Below, piece by piece: positions 29,482 to 39,986 of a stretch of DNA of 64,000 nt (the first letter of the stretch is position 1; each line of letters begins with the position of its first letter). The stretch covers positions 43,178 to 107,177 of the forward strand of contig JBBKWU010000021.1 in NCBI GenBank assembly GCA_037969035.1, in the 5' to 3' direction. Both the position numbers and the translations under genes were made by a program. The notes under the pieces are model-generated. The model was not told the DNA's origin, made no database searches, and saw nothing but the letters and a program-made list of their open reading frames with translations. The DNA is from Bdellovibrionales bacterium (GTDB lineage Bacteria > Pseudomonadota > Alphaproteobacteria > Micavibrionales > Micavibrionaceae).

Positions 29482-30786
29482 CTACGCTGATTTTTTGATA
29501 AATTCCATCGCATCCGCAACGAGAAGCGGCTTAGCAAAGAAATAGCCCTGCGCCATATCACAGCCCAAAATATTTAGAATTTTGATATCGGCTTCTTGCT
29601 CAATCCCTTCGGCGATCACGCGGAGGTCAAAGTTTTTGGCAAGGCCGATAATCGCTTTCACAATATCAACGCTGCGGTCGCTTTCATGCATTTGCGCGAC
29701 AAAAGAACGATCAATTTTCAGATCATCAATCGCAAATTGGTGCAAATACCCAAGCGATGAATAGCCCGTTCCAAAATCATCAAGCGCGACAGAAAGGCCG
29801 AGTTCTTTAAACGCCGCCAATGCTTTTTGTGCTTGTTCAGGTTCACCGATCAATGCACTTTCTGTGATTTCAATTTTAATCTGCTCGGGCTTAATTCCTG
29901 CTCTTTTTATGATATCTTCAACCACACGTACAACATTGTACGTCCCAAAATTTATACCTGAAAAGTTGACGCTCAGGAAAAGCTCTCTTTTCGATATCTC
30001 ATTGATTTGCGGCAATAAATCACACGCTTTTTCAAGCATCATACGGTCAAGATGTTTCACAAGTCCTGTACGCTCTGCGATCGGGATGAAATCATCGGGA
30101 AAGATCATCCCTTTTTCAGGATGTTCCCAACGGATAAGTGCTTCAAACCCCGCAAGTTTGCGATCTGGCAATGTAAAAATAGGTTGTAGCACAGGAATAA
30201 ATTGCTCTTGCTCTAACCCTGCGCGAAGCTCTTGCTCTAACTGTAACTCTTTACGCGCAATCTCGCGCTGTGCGCCTGAATCAGAAAAACGCAGGACAGC
30301 ATCTGGCACTTGCCCCTTTTTATAAACCTTGCGGATAAAATCATCGAGGCTGCCTTGCTTGATTGATTCAGGCAGATGAATACGGGTGATGCGGTAACGT
30401 TCGACCAGCAAACTAATGAGCAGTGACACAATCGGGTCTAGCCCTTTGGTACGTTCATTCAGCGCATCACGCGGAATAACAAAAATTTCAGCTTCACCAT
30501 CGGTCACAGCGGTCGCCGTACGCGGTGAATTATCAATCAGCGCCAATTCGCCAAAAATTTCTTCCTCGCCCAGAACGCAAAGCAATTTATCTTCGCCACC
30601 TTCATCGTTACCGACAATATTGACCTTGCCCTTATCAATCAAAAACGCGCATTGGCGCATCTCGCCCTTTTGGAACAGCACCGTTCCCGCAGGAAAGACA
30701 TGCCGTTTGATATAGCTAGACCCTGCACGCGCGAGGATGGCATCTTGTGTTTCGGTCAATTGTTTGATTTTTGCGTCTTTTGTCAT
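29482..30786 (-). CDS. cyclic-nucleotide-binding domain plus EAL domain protein (putative c-di-GMP phosphodiesterase)
   Basis: The N-terminal cNMP-binding fold has FQKGEMRQCAFLIDKGKV...FGELALID..PRTATAV. The C-terminal EAL domain has FEALIRWEHPEKG, EITES, DDFGTGYSSL and KIDRSF. No GGDEF domain lies between them. Confidence 0.9.
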   Translation of the reverse strand: MTKDAKIKQLTETQDAILARAGSSYIKRHVFPAGTVLFQKGEMRQCAFLIDKGKVNIVGNDEGGEDKLLCVLGEEEIFGELALIDNSPRTATAVTDGEAEIFVIPRDALNERTKGLDPIVSLLISLLVERYRITRIHLPESIKQGSLDDFIRKVYKKGQVPDAVLRFSDSGAQREIARKELQLEQELRAGLEQEQFIPVLQPIFTLPDRKLAGFEALIRWEHPEKGMIFPDDFIPIAERTGLVKHLDRMMLEKACDLLPQINEISKRELFLSVNFSGINFGTYNVVRVVEDIIKRAGIKPEQIKIEITESALIGEPEQAQKALAAFKELGLSVALDDFGTGYSSLGYLHQFAIDDLKIDRSFVAQMHESDRSVDIVKAIIGLAKNFDLRVIAEGIEQEADIKILNILGCDMAQGYFFAKPLLVADAMEFIKKSA

Positions 30787-30863
30787 GGTGAGCTGTAATA
30801 TAATCCTGCGTTTACAAAAAGAAACTATAAAAGGTGATTAACAATCATTTGCACAGATAAATC

Positions 30864-32138
30864 TTACGCGGCACGCCAACCAATATCGCGGCGGCAAAAT
30901 CCATCCGGCCAATCCAGTTTATCAACGGCATTATATGCGTTTTTCTGTGCGTCTGCGACATTTTTTCCAAGCGCGGTCACGCCAAGGACACGGCCGCCTA
31001 TGCTGATATAATTACGCGCATCATCGCGGGCTGTGCCTGCATGGAAAACTTTTGTTTTCGGCTGAGAGTTTGCCTCATTCACGCCTTTTATCACTGTGTT
31101 TTTTGTGTAGCTCCCTGGGTAACCATTGGCCGCCATCACAACACACAGTGCTGTATCTTCGAACCAGCCGATATCGCCTGCCACTTCGGCAAGATCACCT
31201 TTGGCAGCCGCCATCAATAGCCGCGCGAGATCCGCATCAAGACGCATCATCAAGGCCTGACATTCGGGATCACCAAAGCGTACATTAAATTCCAACAATT
31301 TTGGCACGCCATCAACCACCATAATACCTGCGAATAACACGCCTGTATAAGGCATGCCATCCCGCGCCATGCCTTCAACAACGGGGGCAATAATGGTGGT
31401 TTCAATTTGCTTGCCCAGCTCTTCGGTCATCAAATTCGCAGGAGAATACGCGCCCATGCCGCCCGTATTGGGGCCTTTGTCACCATCAAACGCGCGTTTA
31501 TGATCTTGCGCAGAGGTGAGAGGCAGAACAGTTTTTCCGTCCGCGATGGCAAAATAACTAATTTCCTCACCATCCATAAATTCTTCGATCACGATTTCCG
31601 CGCCTGCATCACCAAAAGAAGCCCCCGACAGCATATCAGCGGCGGCTCTTTCGGCTTCTTCAACGGTTTGCGCAATAATCACGCCTTTTCCTGCTGCCAA
31701 ACCATCTGTTTTTACAACAATCGGCGCGCCATATTCGGCGATAAATTCTTTGGCTTTTTCAATGTCGGTGAAACGTCCATAGGCGGCGGTGGGGACATTA
31801 TATTTTGCGACCAAATCTTTCATAAAGGCTTTGGAGCCTTCGATTTGTGCGGCTTTCGCACTTGGGCCAAACACAGCAATTCCTTCATCACGCAAGCGAT
31901 CCGCAAGCCCTAAAACAAGCGGGCCTTCAGGGCCAACAACGACCAAATCAATATCTTTCTCTTTGGCAAAGGCGACAAGGCCATCAATGTCTTCGGCGGC
32001 GATATCAACGCAGTCAGCGCATTCATCAATGCCTGCATTCCCAGGGGCGCAATAAAGCGCGAAACAATCATCGGATTGTGCCAATCTCCATGCCAGTGCA
32101 TGTTCCCGTCCGCCGGAGCCCACCAATAAAATTTTCAT
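30864..32138 (-). CDS. purD: phosphoribosylamine-glycine ligase
   Basis: Motifs: MKILLVGSGGREHALAW, VVKTDGLAAGKGV, EEFMDGEE and NVRFGDPE. Confidence 0.97.
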   Translation of the reverse strand: MKILLVGSGGREHALAWRLAQSDDCFALYCAPGNAGIDECADCVDIAAEDIDGLVAFAKEKDIDLVVVGPEGPLVLGLADRLRDEGIAVFGPSAKAAQIEGSKAFMKDLVAKYNVPTAAYGRFTDIEKAKEFIAEYGAPIVVKTDGLAAGKGVIIAQTVEEAERAAADMLSGASFGDAGAEIVIEEFMDGEEISYFAIADGKTVLPLTSAQDHKRAFDGDKGPNTGGMGAYSPANLMTEELGKQIETTIIAPVVEGMARDGMPYTGVLFAGIMVVDGVPKLLEFNVRFGDPECQALMMRLDADLARLLMAAAKGDLAEVAGDIGWFEDTALCVVMAANGYPGSYTKNTVIKGVNEANSQPKTKVFHAGTARDDARNYISIGGRVLGVTALGKNVADAQKNAYNAVDKLDWPDGFCRRDIGWRAA

Positions 32139-32176
32139 GCGCAAAGCCCTCCTTAAATTCAGGCTCCATCATGCCT

Positions 32177-35100
32177 TTATTCAATGAGAGTGACAAGACT
32201 TGCGTTACCACCTTGGCGGGTTGTATCGGTTGAAACGACTTTTTCATGGGCAAAGCGCGGTAGATAATTGGGGCCGCCTGCTTTGGGGCCTGTTCCTGAA
32301 AGGCCAGAACCGCCGAACGGTTGAACACCGACAACCGCGCCAATCGTGGTGCGGTTTACGTACGCGTTCCCGACATCAAGGCGTTGTGTCACGTGACGAA
32401 CGGAGCTTGAAATACGGCTGTGAACACCGCATGTCAGGCCATAGCCTGTGGCATTAATTTGCGTGAGAATGTCCTCAAGACGATCGGACTTGTAACGTAC
32501 AACATGTAAAACAGGACCAAACACTTCGCGCTCTAACTGATCAATTGACTCGATCTCATAAGCAACAGGCGCGAAAAAACAACCCTTTGCGGCGCGTTCA
32601 TCACTCAAGGGAACTTCTGCGATTTTGCGCGCCATGCCTTCTAATTTTGTGACGTGATTTTGCAAGATCCCGCGCGCGGCATCATCGATAACAGGGCCCA
32701 GATCAGAGGAAAGCGCCATCGGGTCACCAATAACTTGCAACGCCATTGCCCCAGCCAACATTTCCATGATCTTATCGGCAACTTCATCCTGTACGCACAA
32801 AACGCGCAAGGCGGAGCAACGCTGCCCCGCGGAACCAAAGGCACTTGTGATGACATCATCGACAACTTGTTCGGACAGCGCTGATGAATCAACAATCATC
32901 GCGTTTTGCCCACCGGTTTCAGCAATTAACGGCACAATCGCGCCATTTTTTTCCGCCAAGGCACGGTTAATATGTTTTGCGGCTTCGGTTGAGCCTGTGA
33001 ACGCAACACCTGCGACATCTTTATGCGCGATCAGCGCCGCCCCAACGTGACCATCACCTGTAATAAGATGGAACACATCCGTAGGCACGCCTGCTTCGTG
33101 AATAAGTTCAGCCGTGCGCATCGCCACCAACGATGTTTGCTCGGCAGGTTTGGCAATAACCGCATTCCCCGCCATAAGCGCAGCAGTGACTTGCCCCACA
33201 AAAATCGCGAGCGGGAAATTCCACGGGCTGATGCAAACCCATGTGCCGCGACCATGCATGGTCAGAACATTATGTTCGCCCGTTGGCCCTGGCATGACTG
33301 TGCCTGCCGCGCTAAAATCATGACGTCCGCGCAGGGCGTAATAACGGCAAAAATCAACAGCTTCACGAATTTCACCCAGCGCATCTTCAATCGTTTTTCC
33401 TGCTTCACGAACACATAAGCCCATGAGCTCTTCTTTGTGCTGCTCCATCAAATCCGCAAATTTTTCAAGCGCTGCGGCTCTATCGTCTGCGGGTGTACGT
33501 GTCCAATTTTCAAACCCTTCATGCGCGAAGGAAAATGCCGTATCGATGGCTTTGTCATCGGCATCATAAACACGGCCAATTTCTTGTGTACTATCGGCTG
33601 GGTTTGTAATCACGCGCGGCGCACCGCTTTTCATCACTTGCCCGTTCACAAGAGGGGAAGCTTCGAAATCGCGCCCATCAACGGCTTTTTTCATATCCGC
33701 GATAAAGCCTGTAATCAGTGTTTCATCGGTTATATCAAAGCCTGCCGCATTCACACGGTTTGGATAAATATCGTGCGGCATCGGAATATGCGGATGGCGT
33801 TTTGTATTGTGATTAGCTGCCTTTTTCACAGGATCCGCCGCAATGGTTTCGGGCGGTGTGTTTGCATCTAAGATTTGATACACGAACGAGCTATTGGCAC
33901 CATTTTCCAACAAGCGACGAACAAGGTAAGGCAATAAATCTTCGTGTGATCCGCATGGTGCATACACCGTGACATTGGCAACATTGTCATTAATCACCAA
34001 ATCATGCAGCGTTTCACCCATACCGTGCAGGCGTTGAAATTCAAAATTATCACGATCATTCCCCGCCATTTCCATGATGGCGGCAACAGTTTGTGCGTTA
34101 TGGGTCGCAAACATCGGGTACAGATAATCACGCGAGGCGAGCAATTTTTCTGCACATGTTAAAAATGATAAATCTGTGTTCACTTTGCGCGAATACACAG
34201 GGTAATCAGACAATCCCAAGATTTGCGCCCGTTTAATTTCGGTATCCCAATAAGCCCCCTTCACAAGACGTACAGACAAACGGCGTTTTGTGGCATAAGC
34301 CATATCGGACAAGCGATTAATCAAGGCGTACGCCCGTTTTTGATAGGCCTGTACCGCCAAACCAAACCCTTTCCAATCCCCCAAAGAATCGTCTTTATAA
34401 ACAGCCTCAATAATTTCGAGAGAGATTTCCAAACGGTCGACTTCTTCGGCATCCACAGTGAGCGCAATTTTTTTCTCCGCCGCGAGTTGAGCCAAGGTCA
34501 AAAGTTTTTCTGTTAACGCAGACACGCAATGCTCACGCTGCGCGAATTCATAACGCGGATAAAGCGCGGAAAGTTTTACCGATATTCCAGGTGTACCCGC
34601 GCCTTCCAAATTTTTACCGATCTCATTAATCGCGTTTTTATAAACGGCGAAATAATGGTCGGCATCTTTCATCGTGCGCGCGCCTTCGCCAAGCATATCG
34701 TACGATACGCGATAGCCTTTTTTCTTATAGGCCTGCGCATTTTTAATGCCTTCTTCGATTGTACGCCCGAGCACAAATTGACGACCCATCATCCGCATCG
34801 CCTCAACCAATGCTTTGCGAATCACAGGCGCACCAACACGCGCGAGGGCACCACCCAATGTTTTCTTCGTGATCGACAGGCCAAAACCTGCGGCTTTTGT
34901 GAGGATATCACCGCCGCCATTGCTGCCTTGTTTACTCAGCCAATCCGCCGCCGCCATTTTGTCTTTTATAAGTAAATCAGCCGTATGCGTATCAGGAATA
35001 CGAAGCAACGCCTCCGCCAACGTCATCAACGCCAAACCTTCTTCGGACTGAAGACCAAATTGCTGTAAGAATGATTCGAGTTCCCCTGGCTTACGCTTTG

Positions 35101-35236
35101 TCTTACGAACGCGTTCTACCAAATCAATCGCCCGTGCTTCAACGCGTGCAGCGCGCTCATCATCCCAACTTAACGTTTCCAACATTATTTCAACGTTGGT
35201 TGCTTCATCTTCATAAAGGTGCGCGGATAGGCTCAT
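32177..35236 (-). CDS. putA: bifunctional proline dehydrogenase / L-glutamate gamma-semialdehyde dehydrogenase (no N-terminal DNA-binding domain)
   Basis: 1019 aa. The PRODH barrel blocks are SYDMLGE and VRLVKGAYWD. The ALDH blocks are ISPWNFPLAI and ETGGQNAMIVDSSA, with the catalytic Cys in SAGQRCSALR. Confidence 0.96.
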   Translation of the reverse strand: MSLSAHLYEDEATNVEIMLETLSWDDERAARVEARAIDLVERVRKTKRKPGELESFLQQFGLQSEEGLALMTLAEALLRIPDTHTADLLIKDKMAAADWLSKQGSNGGGDILTKAAGFGLSITKKTLGGALARVGAPVIRKALVEAMRMMGRQFVLGRTIEEGIKNAQAYKKKGYRVSYDMLGEGARTMKDADHYFAVYKNAINEIGKNLEGAGTPGISVKLSALYPRYEFAQREHCVSALTEKLLTLAQLAAEKKIALTVDAEEVDRLEISLEIIEAVYKDDSLGDWKGFGLAVQAYQKRAYALINRLSDMAYATKRRLSVRLVKGAYWDTEIKRAQILGLSDYPVYSRKVNTDLSFLTCAEKLLASRDYLYPMFATHNAQTVAAIMEMAGNDRDNFEFQRLHGMGETLHDLVINDNVANVTVYAPCGSHEDLLPYLVRRLLENGANSSFVYQILDANTPPETIAADPVKKAANHNTKRHPHIPMPHDIYPNRVNAAGFDITDETLITGFIADMKKAVDGRDFEASPLVNGQVMKSGAPRVITNPADSTQEIGRVYDADDKAIDTAFSFAHEGFENWTRTPADDRAAALEKFADLMEQHKEELMGLCVREAGKTIEDALGEIREAVDFCRYYALRGRHDFSAAGTVMPGPTGEHNVLTMHGRGTWVCISPWNFPLAIFVGQVTAALMAGNAVIAKPAEQTSLVAMRTAELIHEAGVPTDVFHLITGDGHVGAALIAHKDVAGVAFTGSTEAAKHINRALAEKNGAIVPLIAETGGQNAMIVDSSALSEQVVDDVITSAFGSAGQRCSALRVLCVQDEVADKIMEMLAGAMALQVIGDPMALSSDLGPVIDDAARGILQNHVTKLEGMARKIAEVPLSDERAAKGCFFAPVAYEIESIDQLEREVFGPVLHVVRYKSDRLEDILTQINATGYGLTCGVHSRISSSVRHVTQRLDVGNAYVNRTTIGAVVGVQPFGGSGLSGTGPKAGGPNYLPRFAHEKVVSTDTTRQGGNASLVTLIE

Positions 35237-35323
35237 TTTGATTCCCCGTTTTTATTGTATTTGAGAAGAATCTTATACCATGGTTCGCATTGCACAAACT
35301 AGAGGGATTAGAATTGACGTAAA

Positions 35324-36838
35324 TCAGGGTGTTCGTTTGAGGTTGTATCCATTTGCCGCGACTTCTTTTTCCGTCATCGTCATGGCAACCATCTGTTTTA
35401 AACGATCAACAAATTCAATGATATCTGCGGGCGGCAATGCAAATGTGGCACGCTTAAACATATCCTCTGCTTCAAGTCCTGTCCAATCCCCCGCAGCAAA
35501 ACTAACGTTAAAGCTCCGCATTAATCGTCCAATTTGAAGTTCGCTTTTGATTTTATATTCTTCTGAAACCTCTTCATTGTCGAAATAACGATCTTTAAGC
35601 TCACTAAAATCAAGCATGTGAAAAAACCCAGCTTGTGGTGATGTGATAACACGGACGCCATCAACACCCTTTTTTAAATGCTCCCTAGCTTGTTCGGTGC
35701 TCATACCTTTATGTGTCGCTATTAAATTCGCCATTTTCTTGCGCGCTCCAACTGTCGTTCCGACAAGAGCTTCACCACCATTAATCAACGCTTTCATAAA
35801 TTTTCCAGAAAATTCATGTTGATCATTCAATGATTTCAAATGTTTTTCGCGCATCACCTGATACGGCTGTTCATCGTTAAAATAGCCTGACATTGCTTCC
35901 ATCGCATACAGAGGTGGGAAATAGTTACTATCATGCATCACGCATTGTAATTCACGGACATCATTCCCTTCAGCGTAGATCAATCCTGCGCGAACACTTG
36001 CCATTCCCGCTTTTGATGGCCCGCACAACACGAAACTGTTTTTTTGTGATTGTTCATCAACACGGGCGAAACTAAATGGTTGTTCAGCGCCATCATATTC
36101 AAGCCCCCAATACACCATGTCATCAATAAACCTAATCCGTGCGGCAGGGCCGTCCCACGGATGTCTATGGTTCATACGCACACCCAAAAATTCGCCAAAA
36201 TCCAGTTCAGGTTGCTCTCTCTCTGCGCGTAAATACGCTCTGTCATCTTGCCAATATTGGTCGGAGTAATGATTAAAGATGCCTGCTAGTTTGCGCGTTT
36301 CTTCTTCGCCGCGAATAAGACCCAACGGGTTATGCGGGTTCGAATCGTAATAAGCGATAATACGTTTACCATCTGCGTGCAGCGCTTCAACCGTATCAAC
36401 GACCATTGCAGGGTTTAGCGCCCCTCCATTTTTCATCTCACGCGGAATATGCACAACTTCAATGCCTTCTTTTCGCGGTTGATTGAAAAACATGCCATAG
36501 GTTGGCGTAGGCATCAAAATAACGGGCTTTATTTTTCCATCATCAGGCAGACGTTTATTTTGTTTTTTCACATCATCGCCCAGATAGCGCATTATCATGC
36601 TAAAGGCTTGCGTTGTGCCGCCGCCTGTAAATAAAAGATCACAATTTGGTATGCCGCGCCACCCCGCAGATTTAAAGCCACGGGCTTCAAGGTAGTCTTG
36701 AACGGGTTTATAAAGATCCTTCAAATGCTCATCACCACCCATCATTGAATATTGGTGGTTACATTTCATGGCGCGCTCAAACGCGTCACGCGCCAGAAAA
36801 TCAAATGATTCCAGCGGATCGCCCAATGACATATCCAT
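35324..36838 (-). CDS. atypical long class I/II-fold PLP-dependent aminotransferase-like protein
   Basis: About 504 aa. NPHNPLG corresponds to the N-P-x-N-P-T-G block, and GPSKAGMASVRAG corresponds to the S-x-S-K...R-x-G PLP-lysine block. It has an additional ~110 aa C-terminal extension. The start is one of ATG 36838, ATG 36832 or TTG 36862. Confidence 0.65.
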   Translation of the reverse strand: MDMSLGDPLESFDFLARDAFERAMKCNHQYSMMGGDEHLKDLYKPVQDYLEARGFKSAGWRGIPNCDLLFTGGGTTQAFSMIMRYLGDDVKKQNKRLPDDGKIKPVILMPTPTYGMFFNQPRKEGIEVVHIPREMKNGGALNPAMVVDTVEALHADGKRIIAYYDSNPHNPLGLIRGEEETRKLAGIFNHYSDQYWQDDRAYLRAEREQPELDFGEFLGVRMNHRHPWDGPAARIRFIDDMVYWGLEYDGAEQPFSFARVDEQSQKNSFVLCGPSKAGMASVRAGLIYAEGNDVRELQCVMHDSNYFPPLYAMEAMSGYFNDEQPYQVMREKHLKSLNDQHEFSGKFMKALINGGEALVGTTVGARKKMANLIATHKGMSTEQAREHLKKGVDGVRVITSPQAGFFHMLDFSELKDRYFDNEEVSEEYKIKSELQIGRLMRSFNVSFAAGDWTGLEAEDMFKRATFALPPADIIEFVDRLKQMVAMTMTEKEVAANGYNLKRTP

Positions 36839-36965
36839 AAATTTTTTGTGTTCGTGAACCAACGAAAAGAACCTCTTTATCTTTGTGCGCCTTATGGTTT
36901 ATCTTTTGTGGCATAGTTATAACACAAAATATTTACATATTGCAAAGTAATTGGCGGCCGACAGA

Positions 36966-38393
36966 ATGACCGAAGCACAAGAACAGCCCGTAAAATCCAA
37001 CGTCCCCGAATTATCGGTGTCTGAGCTCGCCTTTTCGTTAAAGCGCACCTTAGAGGAAACGTTCGGACGTGTACGCGTACGGGGTGAGTTATCAGGCTTA
37101 AAGCTTGCCTCATCAGGCCACCTTTATGGCAGCATCAAGGACGAGAATGCGAATGTCGATATTGTGTGCTGGAAAGGCATGCTCAGCAAGCTATCCATAA
37201 AACCAGCAGATGGACTTGAGGTCATTTGCACGGGCAAGGTTTCGAGCTTCCCGAAGAGCTCCAAGTACCAGATTATTGTCGATTCGATTGAATTGGCGGG
37301 CGAAGGTGCTTTGCTGAAAATGCTGGAAGACCGCAAGAAGATGCTCGCCGCAGAAGGGCTTTTTGCACCTGAGCGTAAGAGAAGCCTGCCGTTTTTACCA
37401 CAGGTCATCGGCGTTGTGACATCCCCCACGGGGGCAGTCATCCGCGACATCATTCACCGCCTTAATGATCGTTTTCCGCGCCATGTTATTGTCTGGCCTG
37501 TGCCTGTGCAGGGTGATGGGGCGGCCGAAAAAATTGCCGCGGCGATTGACGGGTTTAATGCTCTTCCCGCAACAGGTGGCGCGATGCCGCGCCCTGATTT
37601 ATTAATTGTCGCACGCGGCGGTGGCTCGCTCGAGGATCTCATGGCGTTTAACGAGGAAGTCGTTGTGCGTGCTGTTGCAAACTGTACCATTCCGCTTATC
37701 TCTGCGGTTGGGCATGAGACCGATACAACGCTGATTGACTATGTATCGGATTTACGCGCCCCGACCCCGACGGGTGCAGCGGAAATGGCTGTGCCGCGCC
37801 GTGATGATTTGCGCTATACCATGGTCGAAAATCAAAAACGGATGATCGGCGGTATGCGCCGTATGATGGGTGAATTATCGCATAAACTGTCTGCGCAAGC
37901 GGCAAAGCTCGGCGACCCCGCGCAGATTTTAGAGTTGAAAAGTCAACAGCTTGACCATACAGGGCAAAAGCTCGGAAGCGCGTTCGAACGAGGATTATCC
38001 CAAAGACAAAACCGCATTCGAGAATTGGGTGCGATGTTAAAGCACCCCAAAAGCCAGATTGATGAAAAAACCCGCACACTTGCACTGCATGCGGCAAGCC
38101 TTAAACGGGTGGGTAATTCCGCTCTGAAAGACAAAGAACAAAATTTAAATTACGCCGCGAAAATGCTCAACTCGCTTTCTTATCAAAATGTTTTGAAGCG
38201 CGGTTATGTCGTTGTTCGTGATGCGGGCGGCAAAATCATCGGCGATGCGAAGCAAGCCATCAAAGAACAGAATATTATGCTCGAATTCAAAGATAATGAG
38301 AAAATAGCCGCCACAATCGGTGAAAACGCACCTAAAAATCCCATTTCTAAGAAAAAAACGCTTAAAGCCAAGGATCAAGGGCAACTTTTTTAG
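36966..38393 (+). CDS. xseA: exodeoxyribonuclease VII large subunit
   Basis: The OB-fold N-terminus has LSVSELAFSLKRTLEETFGRVRVRGELSG. The catalytic block is IGVVTSPTGAVIRDI...ARGGGSLEDLMAFN...VGHETDTTL. A coiled-coil tail follows. Confidence 0.95.
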   Translation: MTEAQEQPVKSNVPELSVSELAFSLKRTLEETFGRVRVRGELSGLKLASSGHLYGSIKDENANVDIVCWKGMLSKLSIKPADGLEVICTGKVSSFPKSSKYQIIVDSIELAGEGALLKMLEDRKKMLAAEGLFAPERKRSLPFLPQVIGVVTSPTGAVIRDIIHRLNDRFPRHVIVWPVPVQGDGAAEKIAAAIDGFNALPATGGAMPRPDLLIVARGGGSLEDLMAFNEEVVVRAVANCTIPLISAVGHETDTTLIDYVSDLRAPTPTGAAEMAVPRRDDLRYTMVENQKRMIGGMRRMMGELSHKLSAQAAKLGDPAQILELKSQQLDHTGQKLGSAFERGLSQRQNRIRELGAMLKHPKSQIDEKTRTLALHAASLKRVGNSALKDKEQNLNYAAKMLNSLSYQNVLKRGYVVVRDAGGKIIGDAKQAIKEQNIMLEFKDNEKIAATIGENAPKNPISKKKTLKAKDQGQLF

Positions 38394-38455
38394 CTTCACA
38401 AGCGCGATTATAGTATGATAGAAGAAGGCCATAACAGCAGTACGGAAAGAAATAC

Positions 38456-38959
38456 ATGCGCGTTACACTTGCAGAATTAATGGATAAACTAGGCGTCGGA
38501 TACGAAATGGGTCCTTACGAAACCATGCCTTGGTCACATTATGATTCAGAAAGCGGCATCACATGCAGCGCGGAAATTCGTATGGGTGCCGATGCCGATG
38601 AAGTCGATGGTGAAATACAAACCATGTATGACACACCACCCGAGGGCAAAGCATCATTCGAAAGCACTTGCACCTTGGTTGCCACCCCCAAAAGCGATAA
38701 AATGTGGGATATCGATACATTTACAATCCGCGGTGAAGCCTTCGAAGAAGATGCTTATGATCATTCTATCAAAGCCGCTAAGTTTTTCTCGGAAGTCGTT
38801 CGCGCGTTAATGGCCGGTGAAATTCCCGACATTGATGAATTGCTAGATGAAGCCTTCCGCAAGGGTGAGCGTTTTGCAGGAAGCGGTAGCGGCGGTAGCA
38901 AAGCCCCGAAACTTCGCGGCGCGCAACTTATGGGCATAAAAAAAGGCGGCGGCAGATAA
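38456..38959 (+). CDS. hypothetical protein (167 aa, acidic, Gly/Lys-rich C-terminus)
   Basis: A clean ORF. I recognise no family. Confidence 0.5.
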   Translation: MRVTLAELMDKLGVGYEMGPYETMPWSHYDSESGITCSAEIRMGADADEVDGEIQTMYDTPPEGKASFESTCTLVATPKSDKMWDIDTFTIRGEAFEEDAYDHSIKAAKFFSEVVRALMAGEIPDIDELLDEAFRKGERFAGSGSGGSKAPKLRGAQLMGIKKGGGR

Positions 38960-38996
38960 TTGCCGGCGCCTCGCGTTCTTAACATCACTGTTTTTA

Positions 38997-39983
38997 TTAG
39001 CCTGTATCTTCGGTAATCAACATACCGTAGCTTTTGGCGACTTCTATATGACCGCCTGCAATCGGTTTGGCTTCGGCCTCAAAATACCATTTTGGTCCTT
39101 CACGCACCAACGATCCGACTTCGATGGCTTTTGCGCCCGCCATATCCACATCCGCAATCTCAAAACAAAATATTTCCAAACCATCGGCGTTATTACCCAG
39201 TCGGAAATAAACACTGCGAACACTTTCAAGCGAGAACCCTTCGAGCTTTTCGTCATAGACAGAAAGAACAAAGCGAATTTTTTGAACATCGAACGGCACG
39301 CCGCGAAGATCAAGGAACATGCGTTCATCATCACCATCGCCTGCGCCTGTACGGCTATCTTCAAGAAGTTTAACCGCGCCATCACAAGCCATTTGATTAT
39401 TGTAAAAAACAAAATCGCCGTCTTCGCGCGTTTTCTCATCCTTGTTCAATAAGAACAGGCTGAGATCCACATCGACAGGCGCATTTTCAAATGAGCGTTG
39501 ATCCCAACCTGCGCCGACATAAACATCGTGAAGTGTGGGGTCGTGCGCAAGAAGGTCAAAATAGTCACCTTTTTTAATGAGCGTACGTTCGCCGATTTCT
39601 AAAAATTTTGAGTTCTTTTCTTCCTCTGCGTCAATGTCTTTTAAAAAGCGTGCTTCGGCGAGCTTGTTGGCGTCCATTGTTGCCGCAGCGTCTTTATCCT
39701 TATCACCCATGAGGTCATCAAGATTAGACGGCACAGCTCGTCCCGCGGGTGGCTCACCTTCCGCGTCTTTATTCTCTGCTGTTGCCTCAAGTGCAGGATC
39801 TTTTGGCATATCAGGTGCAGGGTTTGGCGCGGGGCTTGGTTCTGGATTCGATCTAAGGGGCGGCGGCGCAAGACTAGGCGTGCGCAAAGGATCCCCCTGA
39901 AGATCGATCGGCTTTATCGTATCATCGTCATCATCCCAAAATTTGTCGAACTTGCTTAGTTCATCGTCATCATCGCCACTCAT
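38997..39983 (-). CDS. TerD-domain protein with ~130 aa acidic/proline-rich N-terminal extension
   Basis: The C-terminal ~190 aa have YVGAGWD...VDVDLSLFLL...DFVFYNN...DSRTGAGDGDDERMFLDL...KIRFVLSVYD, the TerD beta-sandwich with its Ca-binding GDGDDE loop. Confidence 0.85.
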   Translation of the reverse strand: MSGDDDDELSKFDKFWDDDDDTIKPIDLQGDPLRTPSLAPPPLRSNPEPSPAPNPAPDMPKDPALEATAENKDAEGEPPAGRAVPSNLDDLMGDKDKDAAATMDANKLAEARFLKDIDAEEEKNSKFLEIGERTLIKKGDYFDLLAHDPTLHDVYVGAGWDQRSFENAPVDVDLSLFLLNKDEKTREDGDFVFYNNQMACDGAVKLLEDSRTGAGDGDDERMFLDLRGVPFDVQKIRFVLSVYDEKLEGFSLESVRSVYFRLGNNADGLEIFCFEIADVDMAGAKAIEVGSLVREGPKWYFEAEAKPIAGGHIEVAKSYGMLITEDTG

Positions 39984-39986
39984 GCG

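Noticed and set aside
36336-36346. gggttcgaatc, a tRNA T-loop-like motif
   Set aside because: It lies inside the aminotransferase-like CDS. I could not build an acceptor stem, D-arm or anticodon arm around it. I found no tRNA in the window.
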